The notes below the pieces were generated by a model. It saw only the letters and a program-made list of their open reading frames with translations. It was not told the origin of the DNA and did no database searches. Shown one piece after another: positions 18,509 to 27,562 of a stretch of DNA of 64,000 nucleotides (its first letter is position 1; each line of letters starts with the position of its first letter). The translations under genes and the position numbers were made by a program. Source of the stretch: an uncultured virus (IMG/VR IMGVR_UViG_3300030107_003216). Taxonomy: Duplodnaviria > Heunggongvirae > Uroviricota > Caudoviricetes. The stretch lies in the IMG/VR virus record IMGVR_UViG_3300030107_003216, positions 1 through 64,000 of that record, one strand, 5' to 3'.

Positions 18509-18916
18509 GTGTTTATCTTGGCAGTATTAAATAAAGACACACGGTTGATTATGACAATTTTATTTGTCGGTGCGCTTAGTGGTGCAAATGTATTTTTTTA
18601 TGCTAACTATGGCATAACATTCCCACACGGAGTATTGGCCCATTCTATCTTGTTTGGTCTAATGACAGTGGGTGCAATTATGATTATGAAAGCAATATTC
18701 GATTTGGCACTTAATGACCGAATTGAAATGTGGCTTCTTGATAGAAAAATTGCGGCCTATTGGGAGAGAAAAGCAAGAGATGAGCAACAACTAAGAAAGA
18801 TGCAAGAATCTGCAAAACAGTATTCATCATCTTTTAATCCATATGGAGTTGCACCAACCGTTGAAGCCGATGATAATACAGTCGGTGCAGACTTTTTAGC
18901 CGCTACTCTTCAGTGA
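18509..18916 (+). CDS. Two-TM membrane protein with C-terminal coiled coil
   Basis: Hydrophobic segments LIMTILFVGALSGANVFFYA and VLAHSILFGLMTVGAIMIM. Confidence 0.7.
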   Translation: MFILAVLNKDTRLIMTILFVGALSGANVFFYANYGITFPHGVLAHSILFGLMTVGAIMIMKAIFDLALNDRIEMWLLDRKIAAYWERKARDEQQLRKMQESAKQYSSSFNPYGVAPTVEADDNTVGADFLAATLQ

Positions 18917-18925
18917 GGCGGTTAA

Positions 18926-19141
18926 ATGCTTGCAGACATAATGGGCCTAACTGATAATGATTATATCTATAATCAGTCAAGAGCGCATTCCGCAGACATG
19001 CTTTTTTTCAAAATGAGAGCATGGTTTTGGGGAACATGCGCTACTTTGTCAGCATTCTTTATTGGGAATATAATGGGTGTTTTTGACATCAATATATTAG
19101 GCTGGATATTAGACACATTCTGGCATTCTTGGGAGGTCTAA
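18926..19141 (+). CDS. Small membrane protein
   Basis: AWFWGTCATLSAFFIGNIMGVF followed by amphipathic ILGWILDTFW. Confidence 0.65.
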   Translation: MLADIMGLTDNDYIYNQSRAHSADMLFFKMRAWFWGTCATLSAFFIGNIMGVFDINILGWILDTFWHSWEV

Positions 19142-19812
19142 TATTGTCAGTAATGACAGGATTTGCTATACTTGTTGGAGAAGCGATGATAGGTTTTTGG
19201 AAAAAAATTTATGCGATTAACTTCGGCATTTATGGTGCAACTATGGTTGGTAAAACAACATTAAGTAATCAACTAAGAACAAGAGGCGAAGTACCGCAAA
19301 TAAATGAACGGACAGTAGGATTACACAGGGCTTCGAGAAAAACAGTAAAAATTGATGGAGATTCTCATACAGTTAAAAGTGCTGATGTTGGCGGTGAAGC
19401 AATCTATTGGAAAGAATGGGTAAAAGATATGCAAGGGCGTAAAGTCAAGTATGTTATATTTATGATAGACCACAGACATTTAGATAATTCTTCAAACTTA
19501 GACCATCAAGTAGCATGGAAATTTTTAGTTGATACAATTGTTGCATCTCGGTGGCCCACAGGCAGAAAGAAAAAGGAAAAAGATTATCCTATGGCAGTCG
19601 GAATATGGGCTAACAAATATGACATATGGGGAGAACAGTACCCATTGGCAGAAGGATTAACCATGGATAAACATGAAATATTTGAACCTTTCAAATACGG
19701 TATGCGGCAACTGAATGATAAAGGAATACCTTGTTTCAAATATATTGTATCTGCTAAATCAGAACCCGAAATGGTGTATAAAGGAATCACTTCAATGATA
19801 AAGGATTATTGA
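19129..19812 (+). CDS. Arf/Sar-like small GTPase with N-terminal hydrophobic helix
   Basis: G1 GATMVGKTT, G2 RTVG, G3 DVGGE, VIFMID strand, G4 WANKYD, G5 SAK. Likely start is TTG 19144 after GGAGGT. Confidence 0.88.
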   Translation: MGGLILSVMTGFAILVGEAMIGFWKKIYAINFGIYGATMVGKTTLSNQLRTRGEVPQINERTVGLHRASRKTVKIDGDSHTVKSADVGGEAIYWKEWVKDMQGRKVKYVIFMIDHRHLDNSSNLDHQVAWKFLVDTIVASRWPTGRKKKEKDYPMAVGIWANKYDIWGEQYPLAEGLTMDKHEIFEPFKYGMRQLNDKGIPCFKYIVSAKSEPEMVYKGITSMIKDY

Positions 19813-20471
19813 TTATTATGTATAACAACCAACTAATAGGACAAAACGGACTGCCAACGGTTTTAATGACTCCGTTGAAAGCAGCAAGAGCAAGTGGAAT
19901 AGTAACTGAATACAAGTTTATTGCACATAAACCAAAAAAACAACTGAATGAATTGATTAAGGTATTAAAGCCCGAACCTAAGAAATTGTTGTTTTTGAAA
20001 TACGGAAAAAAATTCAATCTAAAAGATAGATGTGTAGTTTGCGGCTTTCATCATATTTGGGAGGCTGGCGATTATATGCGACCCCCTATTCCTTTGGATG
20101 GAGTAGTAAAAGGGCGACCATTAGCAGGGACATATTGCCCTAAGCATGCGTCTATGTTCACGCAGTTAGAAATGCTACAACAAACAATACTCGCTGATAA
20201 ACATGGTCTTGCTTTTGCAGCCTTCAAACCAAGAATGCCTAAGATACTGAAAAGTGGCCCTGTAACTCATTTGAGTAAAGAGGATATTATATCTTTGACT
20301 GCAAGCGGTTATTTAATAAAGCCACCGACATTAGGAGATAATAGGAGTGCAACCAACGAAGCGATAGAGATTGTTGGGGAAATAAATATTCTAACTGATA
20401 GACTTAATTATTTAATGATTAAAGAAGGAGTTAAGCCTCAAAATGATGGAAAAGAAACTAAGGAGGAATAA
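19809..20471 (+). CDS. Cys/His metal-binding protein of the GTPase cluster
   Basis: CVVCGFHH...YCPKH; coupled to the GTPase stop. Confidence 0.65.
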   Translation: MIIMYNNQLIGQNGLPTVLMTPLKAARASGIVTEYKFIAHKPKKQLNELIKVLKPEPKKLLFLKYGKKFNLKDRCVVCGFHHIWEAGDYMRPPIPLDGVVKGRPLAGTYCPKHASMFTQLEMLQQTILADKHGLAFAAFKPRMPKILKSGPVTHLSKEDIISLTASGYLIKPPTLGDNRSATNEAIEIVGEINILTDRLNYLMIKEGVKPQNDGKETKEE

Positions 20472-20473
20472 GT

Positions 20474-21112
20474 ATGGGAATATTAGGAACGAGCAACGGA
20501 ACAGTATTAGGTGCAGTACAGGCACAGGGCGACCAGCAATTTAAGTCAATGAATAACTTGTTATCTTTGCAAGATAACCATGTCGAAGAGTTTTTTCAAT
20601 ATCATGGAGAAATGTTCTTGGTTGCTCTTGAACAACTGATGGAAGATGTTGTTGAGAGAACAGTTAGCAAACTATTAAGTCAATTAAAATTCAATATGAC
20701 AGGTAGCACAATCTCGATAGATTCTGATGCTCTAAGAGAGTATGAAAAAATAACTCAAGCAAACATTGATTTAGATATTCAAAAATTATTGAATTCTGCA
20801 ATTAATACTGAAGTAGTTAATCAAAGAAAAATGGCTAAACAACAATATCTTGAATCTCAAGGCTTTGGTGGCGGGCCAAGTGCAGGTGCGGCTATTGCAG
20901 GAGTAACAGGTAATATGCAACAATACCAACAAATGCAAGGTGCAGTAAATAATGGCACAGGTTATCCTGTTCCTCCAAATGGAACAGACGGATATGGCAG
21001 ACCTTATTGGATTGATGCTAACGGGCAAATGTCATATGAGCCACCAAAAGCAGGTTTAGGATTAGGTTCAGCAATTCAAAAAGGTGCGGCTTGGGCTAAA
21101 TGGTTAATGTGA
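20474..21112 (+). CDS. Helical protein with Gln/Gly/Pro-rich linker and C-terminal amphipathic helix
   Basis: Ends GLGLGSAIQKGAAWAKWLM; GGAGG RBS. Confidence 0.65.
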   Translation: MGILGTSNGTVLGAVQAQGDQQFKSMNNLLSLQDNHVEEFFQYHGEMFLVALEQLMEDVVERTVSKLLSQLKFNMTGSTISIDSDALREYEKITQANIDLDIQKLLNSAINTEVVNQRKMAKQQYLESQGFGGGPSAGAAIAGVTGNMQQYQQMQGAVNNGTGYPVPPNGTDGYGRPYWIDANGQMSYEPPKAGLGLGSAIQKGAAWAKWLM

Positions 21113-21113
21113 G

Positions 21114-23162
21114 GTGAATAATATGGTATCTTTTGATTGGGATGGTTATACTCAAGATACCGAGGATGCCGCATCGTTGAATAATCTTTTAGCGGAATTT
21201 AGAACCTATTTGAAAGAAGAAAGAAATAGAGAGTTTTACAACAAGTTTATGGACACAGTTGATATATTAGAAGATACTGAAAATCCAGAAGATGAAAAAA
21301 TATTTGTAAATTGGGTCAAAACTAAAATTGTTAATGTTGTTTTAGAAGAACCTTTAGAAAAGTGGTTAAAGGATTCAGAAGGATGGAGAAAGTTTGTTGA
21401 AAGACCAAGGCTAAAAACAGGTAAATTAGAAACTGCAAAAGTTAGAAGAACAGAAGGCGATAAAAGGCGCAAAGATACTGTTGTTGTTGGTGGAGGCCAA
21501 ACAGTTATTCCTAACGAAAAAAATATAGAATACATTTCAGATAAAAAACTTAAAGACATTCTTGATACCGCAGTGACTCGAAGATTATCGGGATTACAAT
21601 TCCTTAGAGAAACCGCAGAAAAAGACCCCGAATTAAGTGATGATGATATTGAAGAATATTTTGTGGGTAATCCTATTGCAAAGGAACAAATGATTTTCAA
21701 TGAAATGGTAAATTCAAAGACAGGAATACCAACAGGAAAACTGACTTATGGTACTGCTAATAATACAGATAAGGATTTGAAAGCATATTCATGTCATATG
21801 TTATTAGAATGGCCGTCTTTAGGTGAATCAGATTTAGAAAAAGCAGTTACTAATTTAGCGGTTGACAGAAGAGAAGAGATAAGTGCAGAATTAGGGGAAA
21901 CTCTTCAAACGGCAAAAAAATATAGAAAGGATGATATTGAAACAATTAGTTTTGATTTTGACTTTAGTTTGCCTCAAGACTTTATTAATGATTTTGGTGA
22001 CAAACAATTCCTTACCACTAAATTGTATATGCTTGAAGAAAAAGGTCGTTTTGCGGGAGAAGCATTAGGTCAAGTTAATATTGGTGAAGAAGAAGCATTG
22101 AGAAGAGTCATTGAAGAATATAAAGAATACAAAAAAGAATATGCTAAAGCGGCTAAAGAAGCGGAGAAACAAGGAAAGAGTATTTCTCAAATTAATTCAA
22201 AATTACAAGTTGAAGGTGATAACGATAAAATGCTAACTCTTGGACAATATAAAGATAAGAATATGATTGTTCCAAGAACAATGGCCGCACCATTAACAGC
22301 CGAAATACAAGAAATTTGGGCGGCAAATGCTAAAGATGGCAAGGCCACTATTCCTTTTACTTATAGACAAAATGAATGGCAGAAAAGTGACTATCCTATA
22401 ACATGGGAAATTAGAGGCAGTCCAAATGACCCTGTTAGAATTGAATTAGATGTTGAGTCTTTATGGGATAAATTAGAGAATGCTATTACTCAAGAAGTTG
22501 AAGAAGCGGCTAAAAATTGGTCGCAATTAAGACCTAAAAATGAAGTCAAAGGAATAAGAGCCGCCGCTACTGTTACTACTGCATCTGGAAAAACTAAAAA
22601 ATTAACTCAAATAGTTATGGATGAATATAATAAAGAACTTGAAGGCAAAGATTTTGAAGAATTCAATATAGGAGTCTGGTATGCTTTACAAGATAAGAAT
22701 GGTAAAAAAATACCAAAGCCTCAAAAAGATGGCAAATATATTTCCCATGAAGAAGATACCAAAGCAAAACATGAACAAGTAGTTATTAGTCAAAAACAAT
22801 ATAATGAGTTAAGTCCCGAAGAAAGAGAAAAGTTTTGGACTATTAGATATGTTAAATTTGACTTTACAGAACATATACAAGACCTAAGACAATTTGAACA
22901 AGATAACAAAATTTTACTTGTAAATGAAGAGGGCTTTTTTGACATATATGAATCGGGAGTAATGAAATTCAAAACAGGGCAAATAGATGTTAGTGACCCT
23001 AATGACAAATTATCAAAAGCGACAATCAAAGTTGAATGTTCTCTTGTTACTTATTTTGTAATTCCTTATTCAAAGGAAACTCAAACGGGTAACAAAGACC
23101 TAATGGATGATATTGACACATTAAAGTATAAAATAAGAACGCTAATGCAGGAGTTGGATTAA
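21114..23162 (+). CDS. Large acidic hypothetical protein
   Basis: 682-aa ORF with no recognisable motif. Confidence 0.6.
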   Translation: MNNMVSFDWDGYTQDTEDAASLNNLLAEFRTYLKEERNREFYNKFMDTVDILEDTENPEDEKIFVNWVKTKIVNVVLEEPLEKWLKDSEGWRKFVERPRLKTGKLETAKVRRTEGDKRRKDTVVVGGGQTVIPNEKNIEYISDKKLKDILDTAVTRRLSGLQFLRETAEKDPELSDDDIEEYFVGNPIAKEQMIFNEMVNSKTGIPTGKLTYGTANNTDKDLKAYSCHMLLEWPSLGESDLEKAVTNLAVDRREEISAELGETLQTAKKYRKDDIETISFDFDFSLPQDFINDFGDKQFLTTKLYMLEEKGRFAGEALGQVNIGEEEALRRVIEEYKEYKKEYAKAAKEAEKQGKSISQINSKLQVEGDNDKMLTLGQYKDKNMIVPRTMAAPLTAEIQEIWAANAKDGKATIPFTYRQNEWQKSDYPITWEIRGSPNDPVRIELDVESLWDKLENAITQEVEEAAKNWSQLRPKNEVKGIRAAATVTTASGKTKKLTQIVMDEYNKELEGKDFEEFNIGVWYALQDKNGKKIPKPQKDGKYISHEEDTKAKHEQVVISQKQYNELSPEEREKFWTIRYVKFDFTEHIQDLRQFEQDNKILLVNEEGFFDIYESGVMKFKTGQIDVSDPNDKLSKATIKVECSLVTYFVIPYSKETQTGNKDLMDDIDTLKYKIRTLMQELD

Positions 23163-23163
23163 G

Positions 23164-24471
23164 ATGGGAACCACCATATCGCCAAGCGATTATACTTCAA
23201 TTAATCCAAGTTATACTGATGGCCGAGGATTTTATACTGATGCAACAGAAGTGGCTAATCTATTACAAGTTCCTGCTTTTACTGCCAGCACTACTTATCC
23301 GACTTTAGCACAAGTCGGTGCAATTATCAAAAGAGTCGAAGGAATAATTGATGACAAAGTAAAGCGTTCTTTTAGACCAATTATTACAACAAATGAATTT
23401 CACGATTTTCAATTCAAGACATTACCAATGCACTCCTATTATGGTGGATATGTAGGGTTTGTTCAATTAGCAAAAATGAAACTTCGTAAAGTTGTATCGT
23501 TGCAAGTTTGGCAAGGTAGCGAATATGAAGAATTGGCTTCTGCTCAAGCCAAGGTTTTGCTACAAGAAAACTATCGAGATATTCATTCCATTATTTTGGA
23601 ATTACCTAACAGTGGAGTATCATTTGAAATGGTTGCAGAAAACACAGTTAGCAGTTTAGGTAACGATGAGTTTTGCACAACCTTTGGAATTAAGACAACA
23701 AATAACGATTTAGTTTCCTTAATCAATGAACAATTTCCAGCAAGCACTTCTTCTTTTACAGGGGCTACTGCTGCTAAATCATTAACTTCCTCAAGTCTTG
23801 CAATATCAGACTTTTTTTATGCCGCAAAAGACCGAGCAAATGGCAAGCAGGTACTCATTTCATCCCTGCTTTCCGGTGATGATGGGGCCGATTGTGTGCT
23901 AAAAGCAACAATAAAACAAGCATGTACGACAGTAAATACCGATGCTACCGTAACCGTGGCCGATTCGTCTAAATTAGCCGCAGGTATGACAGTTACAGGA
24001 ACAGGCATTAGTGGCACAGTTACTATTGCTTCTATTACTAATGCGACTACTATTGAATTAAGTGCTGCCGCAACAGGTTCCGGTAGTAATGATTTAACAT
24101 TCACTACAAGCGATACTATTCCTACTGTTTGTACTTTGACTAACTTTACTGATAAAGAAGATTTGAGAAGATTAGGTTCTTATTGGACTATTAAAGAAGA
24201 AGGCAGAATATTCTTTTTGAGAGATTATCCATACCATACAAAAAATTCAGTAATTGTAACTTATTTAGCAGGTGATGGTCGAGTACCTTCTGCTATCCAT
24301 GAAGCCGCAACAAAATTGGTGGCGGCTGAAATACTAAGACATGACGACCAAAGCGTTCTAATTGCAGAAACAGGTGGCAATATTAGCACAAAGGAAAAGT
24401 ACGATATTCTGCGAAAAGAAGGAATGGATATACTAAAGAGCAAGGGAGATATTGTGTACTTTTTGGATTGA
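23164..24471 (+). CDS. Head-tail adaptor/connector-like protein with inserted beta domains
   Basis: N-terminal YTDATEVANLL and C-terminal VIVTYLAG...VPSAIHEAATKLVA are typical of adaptor proteins. Confidence 0.65.
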   Translation: MGTTISPSDYTSINPSYTDGRGFYTDATEVANLLQVPAFTASTTYPTLAQVGAIIKRVEGIIDDKVKRSFRPIITTNEFHDFQFKTLPMHSYYGGYVGFVQLAKMKLRKVVSLQVWQGSEYEELASAQAKVLLQENYRDIHSIILELPNSGVSFEMVAENTVSSLGNDEFCTTFGIKTTNNDLVSLINEQFPASTSSFTGATAAKSLTSSSLAISDFFYAAKDRANGKQVLISSLLSGDDGADCVLKATIKQACTTVNTDATVTVADSSKLAAGMTVTGTGISGTVTIASITNATTIELSAAATGSGSNDLTFTTSDTIPTVCTLTNFTDKEDLRRLGSYWTIKEEGRIFFLRDYPYHTKNSVIVTYLAGDGRVPSAIHEAATKLVAAEILRHDDQSVLIAETGGNISTKEKYDILRKEGMDILKSKGDIVYFLD

Positions 24472-24692
24472 TAAGCATGGCAATAAAAGTTGATTTACAA
24501 AAATTTAGAGAGTTTCTTAACATTCAAAAAGAAAGACAATTGGTTTTACAAGAATTATCAGAAGAGTTAGGATATGATATATCTTTTAGTGATGATGAAG
24601 TCATGCAATTTGCTGAAGAAGAATACACCAAATATATTCAAAAAGAAGTAACACAGGAGGTATCAGCATGGATGAAGTCAGTCTTTTCATAG
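24468..24692 (+). CDS. Small hypothetical neck-region protein
   Basis: ORF track. Confidence 0.55.
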   Translation: MISMAIKVDLQKFREFLNIQKERQLVLQELSEELGYDISFSDDEVMQFAEEEYTKYIQKEVTQEVSAWMKSVFS

Positions 24693-25180
24693 ATTTACTA
24701 TCGAACAGTTGGTCTGCTAATGCCACTGCATTAGTTAGTGCAGGTACAATTTCTGCTTCTCATGCAGTTACTCCCGAATTTCTCGATGTTAGAAATACTA
24801 CAAAACATAAAGGTGTTAGAGTGGATTTAAGCCGTTCACCAACAACTATTATTGTTTTTGAGGATGGACAAAATGTTGAATACCCAACTGCCATGTATGA
24901 CATCAGAAATGAAACCTATACATTCACTACCCATATCCGAGTATTGCACGATGAAAGGGGCGGAATTGATGCTTCATATGGCAAAGATAGGCTAAGGGCT
25001 ATATACCTAATACTTCGTCGGGTAATTGAGAGCAAGCGTAATGGCTACACTGCAAGTGATGGTTCTAAATTCGACCAATTATTTTTAGGAAATAGAACAG
25101 AAAGTAATGACAGAGCCAAGCGTTTATTCGGATATAAAGTCACAACAGAAGCAAAAAGATTCGCATTATCACTCCCTTAG
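24668..25180 (+). CDS. Putative tail terminator/completion protein
   Basis: Size and position just before the tail tube; GGAGGT RBS. Confidence 0.5.
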   Translation: MDEVSLFIDLLSNSWSANATALVSAGTISASHAVTPEFLDVRNTTKHKGVRVDLSRSPTTIIVFEDGQNVEYPTAMYDIRNETYTFTTHIRVLHDERGGIDASYGKDRLRAIYLILRRVIESKRNGYTASDGSKFDQLFLGNRTESNDRAKRLFGYKVTTEAKRFALSLP

Positions 25181-25209
25181 TAAGTTAGTAAAGGAAAGGA
25201 GAGAGTAAC

Positions 25210-26811
25210 ATGGCAAACAATAACATATTTTTAGGAAGCGGCGCAAGTACAACATTAATACCTGAACAGGATATTTACATTCCCTGCACAGGTTCAGGAA
25301 CAACAACGACTTTAACTCCCGAATCTGCATTTACAGATTTATTCAAATTAGTTCCGAATATTTATGTTGGTTGCACTATTGATATTTACAACACTACTGC
25401 CGGATTAGTTTCTTCTCACACTATTACTGCTAATTCCAAAACAACCTTTACTTTAGGTTCGACTCCCGCTTCTAACGGAACAGTCCAATATGCTCTTTTG
25501 AGAGCATACGGTTCACCTGCCCCTCATCCTTTAATGGATTATAACGGAGATGGAACCCCCGAAAGAGAATCATTAGTATCAGATAATTGGTTGGGAATTA
25601 TGGAATCGGTAACATTTCCTAATCTAAGTCAAGAATTGAAACAAATGAATCTTGGTCTTGGTGGTTCAAGAAACTTTACATTCCAATACAAAGGACTTAG
25701 AACGGCTGATAATGGTTCACTTGCATTAGTCGCAAATACAGGTTCATGGCTCTATTATGCTCTTGGGTCTGTTTCAGCAATTACCTATACATCGGGTGCA
25801 AGCACTACATTAACAAAATCAACTGATGTTTTTGTTGATGCTTCGAGTGCTGATGATGTTGTTATCAAAGGTAGTGCTACAACTGCTGATGTTCCCACTA
25901 CCGGCCCACTATTTTATAGAACAGTTAAAGGCGGAACTAAACTCGTTCCTCCTTTAGACCACAGCATTTACGATGGTAGCGGATTTGTTAAGATTCCTTT
26001 CAGTGGGAGTCCTTCAAGACCAACAAATCTGATTAATTATACAATAACTGAACTAAACACAGACCAATTGCCCTCATTTAGTTTAGAACAAACTATTGCG
26101 AAAGACCCTGCTACTTTAGGTGGTGCGGCAACTTCTTCTTCAAATGAAGATGTGGCTTTTACCCGTATTGCAAGAGGTTGCCGAATCAACTCGCTAACAA
26201 TTGAAGCATCAGAAGGTGAAGAATTGAAAATGAATATGGATATTAATGCTCGACTTGTTGATAGCATTACTGACCTTTATCAAGATGATTCACTTGCAGT
26301 GAGTTATGTTAGCCGAGCCAATGTTACTAACAATGCTAATTTGTTTAATTGGAATGCAGGAAGTGATTATGGTGCGCCTTTCTTCTTTTCTGAAGGAACA
26401 TTTACAGTATTCGGCCAACAATTTTTGAAGGTTAATTCAGTTAGCATTGAAATCAATAACAATCTAATGGATAAGAGATACATGGGAGGACATCGTGATA
26501 TGAAAGAAGGAATCCCTGCACAAAGAACATACAACATTACTTTTGAAGCAGTTGTTACAGACGACCAACTTTTCAAAGAAATGCTAAACGAAACTGAAAA
26601 TGTGAATAGTTCTGCTGGACAAATGGTTGAATTTGTTTTCACAAAGGGAGGAACAAGTGAAGAAATTACTTTGAAATTTAAGAATTATTTCTTAGATACT
26701 ACGGAAATTACTATTCCCGATGATAAAGGCCCAATTAGTTTCAGTTCCACTATTAAGCCAAGAGATTTGGCCTCTTGTGTTGTCAAGACAGATAACATTC
26801 TGATGGGGTGA
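25210..26811 (+). CDS. Major tail (tube) protein
   Basis: PSFSLEQ...RIARGCRINSLTIE and SIEINNNL...RTYNITFE tail-tube-like motifs; precedes the chaperones and tape measure. Confidence 0.75.
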   Translation: MANNNIFLGSGASTTLIPEQDIYIPCTGSGTTTTLTPESAFTDLFKLVPNIYVGCTIDIYNTTAGLVSSHTITANSKTTFTLGSTPASNGTVQYALLRAYGSPAPHPLMDYNGDGTPERESLVSDNWLGIMESVTFPNLSQELKQMNLGLGGSRNFTFQYKGLRTADNGSLALVANTGSWLYYALGSVSAITYTSGASTTLTKSTDVFVDASSADDVVIKGSATTADVPTTGPLFYRTVKGGTKLVPPLDHSIYDGSGFVKIPFSGSPSRPTNLINYTITELNTDQLPSFSLEQTIAKDPATLGGAATSSSNEDVAFTRIARGCRINSLTIEASEGEELKMNMDINARLVDSITDLYQDDSLAVSYVSRANVTNNANLFNWNAGSDYGAPFFFSEGTFTVFGQQFLKVNSVSIEINNNLMDKRYMGGHRDMKEGIPAQRTYNITFEAVVTDDQLFKEMLNETENVNSSAGQMVEFVFTKGGTSEEITLKFKNYFLDTTEITIPDDKGPISFSSTIKPRDLASCVVKTDNILMG

Positions 26812-26815
26812 TTAA

Positions 26816-26932
26816 ATGCTAACAAAGGAACAAATGAGAGCAAAATTGGCTGAAGCCAGAAAATTAGAAAAAAAGAAAAAACCTGCTAAAAAGGCAGTTG
26901 TCGAAGAAGTCAAAGAAACGCAGACTGAATAG
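26816..26932 (+). CDS. 38-aa Lys-rich peptide
   Basis: Hand-translated MLTKEQMRAKLAEARKLEKKKKPAKK...; GGTGAT RBS. Confidence 0.5.
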   Translation: MLTKEQMRAKLAEARKLEKKKKPAKKAVVEEVKETQTE

Positions 26933-26978
26933 ACATTATATTCCACCAACACCGTTAGTTTGTTTGTTGGTATAGAAG

Positions 26979-27353
26979 GTGGATAATATGGAAAAGAAAA
27001 TAATAAGTGATAAGAGCGTACTATTTGCGCTAACAGAACCCACTTTACATTATGTTAAAGTGGCAGAAGATAAAGAAGAATACCTAAAGGTTTGGACTAA
27101 AGAACCGACATGGCTTGAAGTTGATAAAGCCATGAATAGCATGATGAAGTTAGATGTCAAAACACAAAACATGGATATTGACATGAATGCTATGTTTAGG
27201 TATATGGTTGAGAATTTTATTGTAAAGACTGAACCATCATTATCAACAATTGATATTCTCAGATTGACTCCATATGTAGGCAATCAACTAAAAGACATTT
27301 TACCAAATCCTTTTGATTCATTTTCGGAGGATGATTCAAAAAACGAGATTTGA
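26979..27353 (+). CDS. Tail assembly chaperone (gpG-like)
   Basis: Between tail tube and tape measure; ends in a slippery heptamer. Start is probably ATG 26988. Confidence 0.75.
   Translation: MDNMEKKIISDKSVLFALTEPTLHYVKVAEDKEEYLKVWTKEPTWLEVDKAMNSMMKLDVKTQNMDIDMNAMFRYMVENFIVKTEPSLSTIDILRLTPYVGNQLKDILPNPFDSFSEDDSKNEI
27338..27344 (+). promoter_or_regulatory. Programmed -1 frameshift slippery site A AAA AAC
   Basis: XXXYYYZ heptamer in correct phase; the -1 frame runs into ORF 27350..27562. Confidence 0.8.
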
Positions 27354-27562
27354 GAAGGGCTTTAACGGGAGGCAAAGCCTCTCATAAAGACGCTTCTCTA
27401 ATCGTAGTTTATTCTCTCTCAAAGGCATTAGCGATAAGTCCTTTGGAGGTGTATAAAATGCCAGCGAGTTTAGTTATGGATTTGTTACAAGTCCATAAAT
27501 TAATAAAAGAATTAGAATCTGAAGAGATTGATAAAGCCATGAAGAAAGGCAAGGTTAGGTGA
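27350..27562 (+). CDS. Tail assembly chaperone frameshift extension (gpT-like)
   Basis: In the -1 frame relative to gpG; ISPLEVYKMP motif typical of gpT segments. Confidence 0.72.
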   Translation: MRRALTGGKASHKDASLIVVYSLSKALAISPLEVYKMPASLVMDLLQVHKLIKELESEEIDKAMKKGKVR

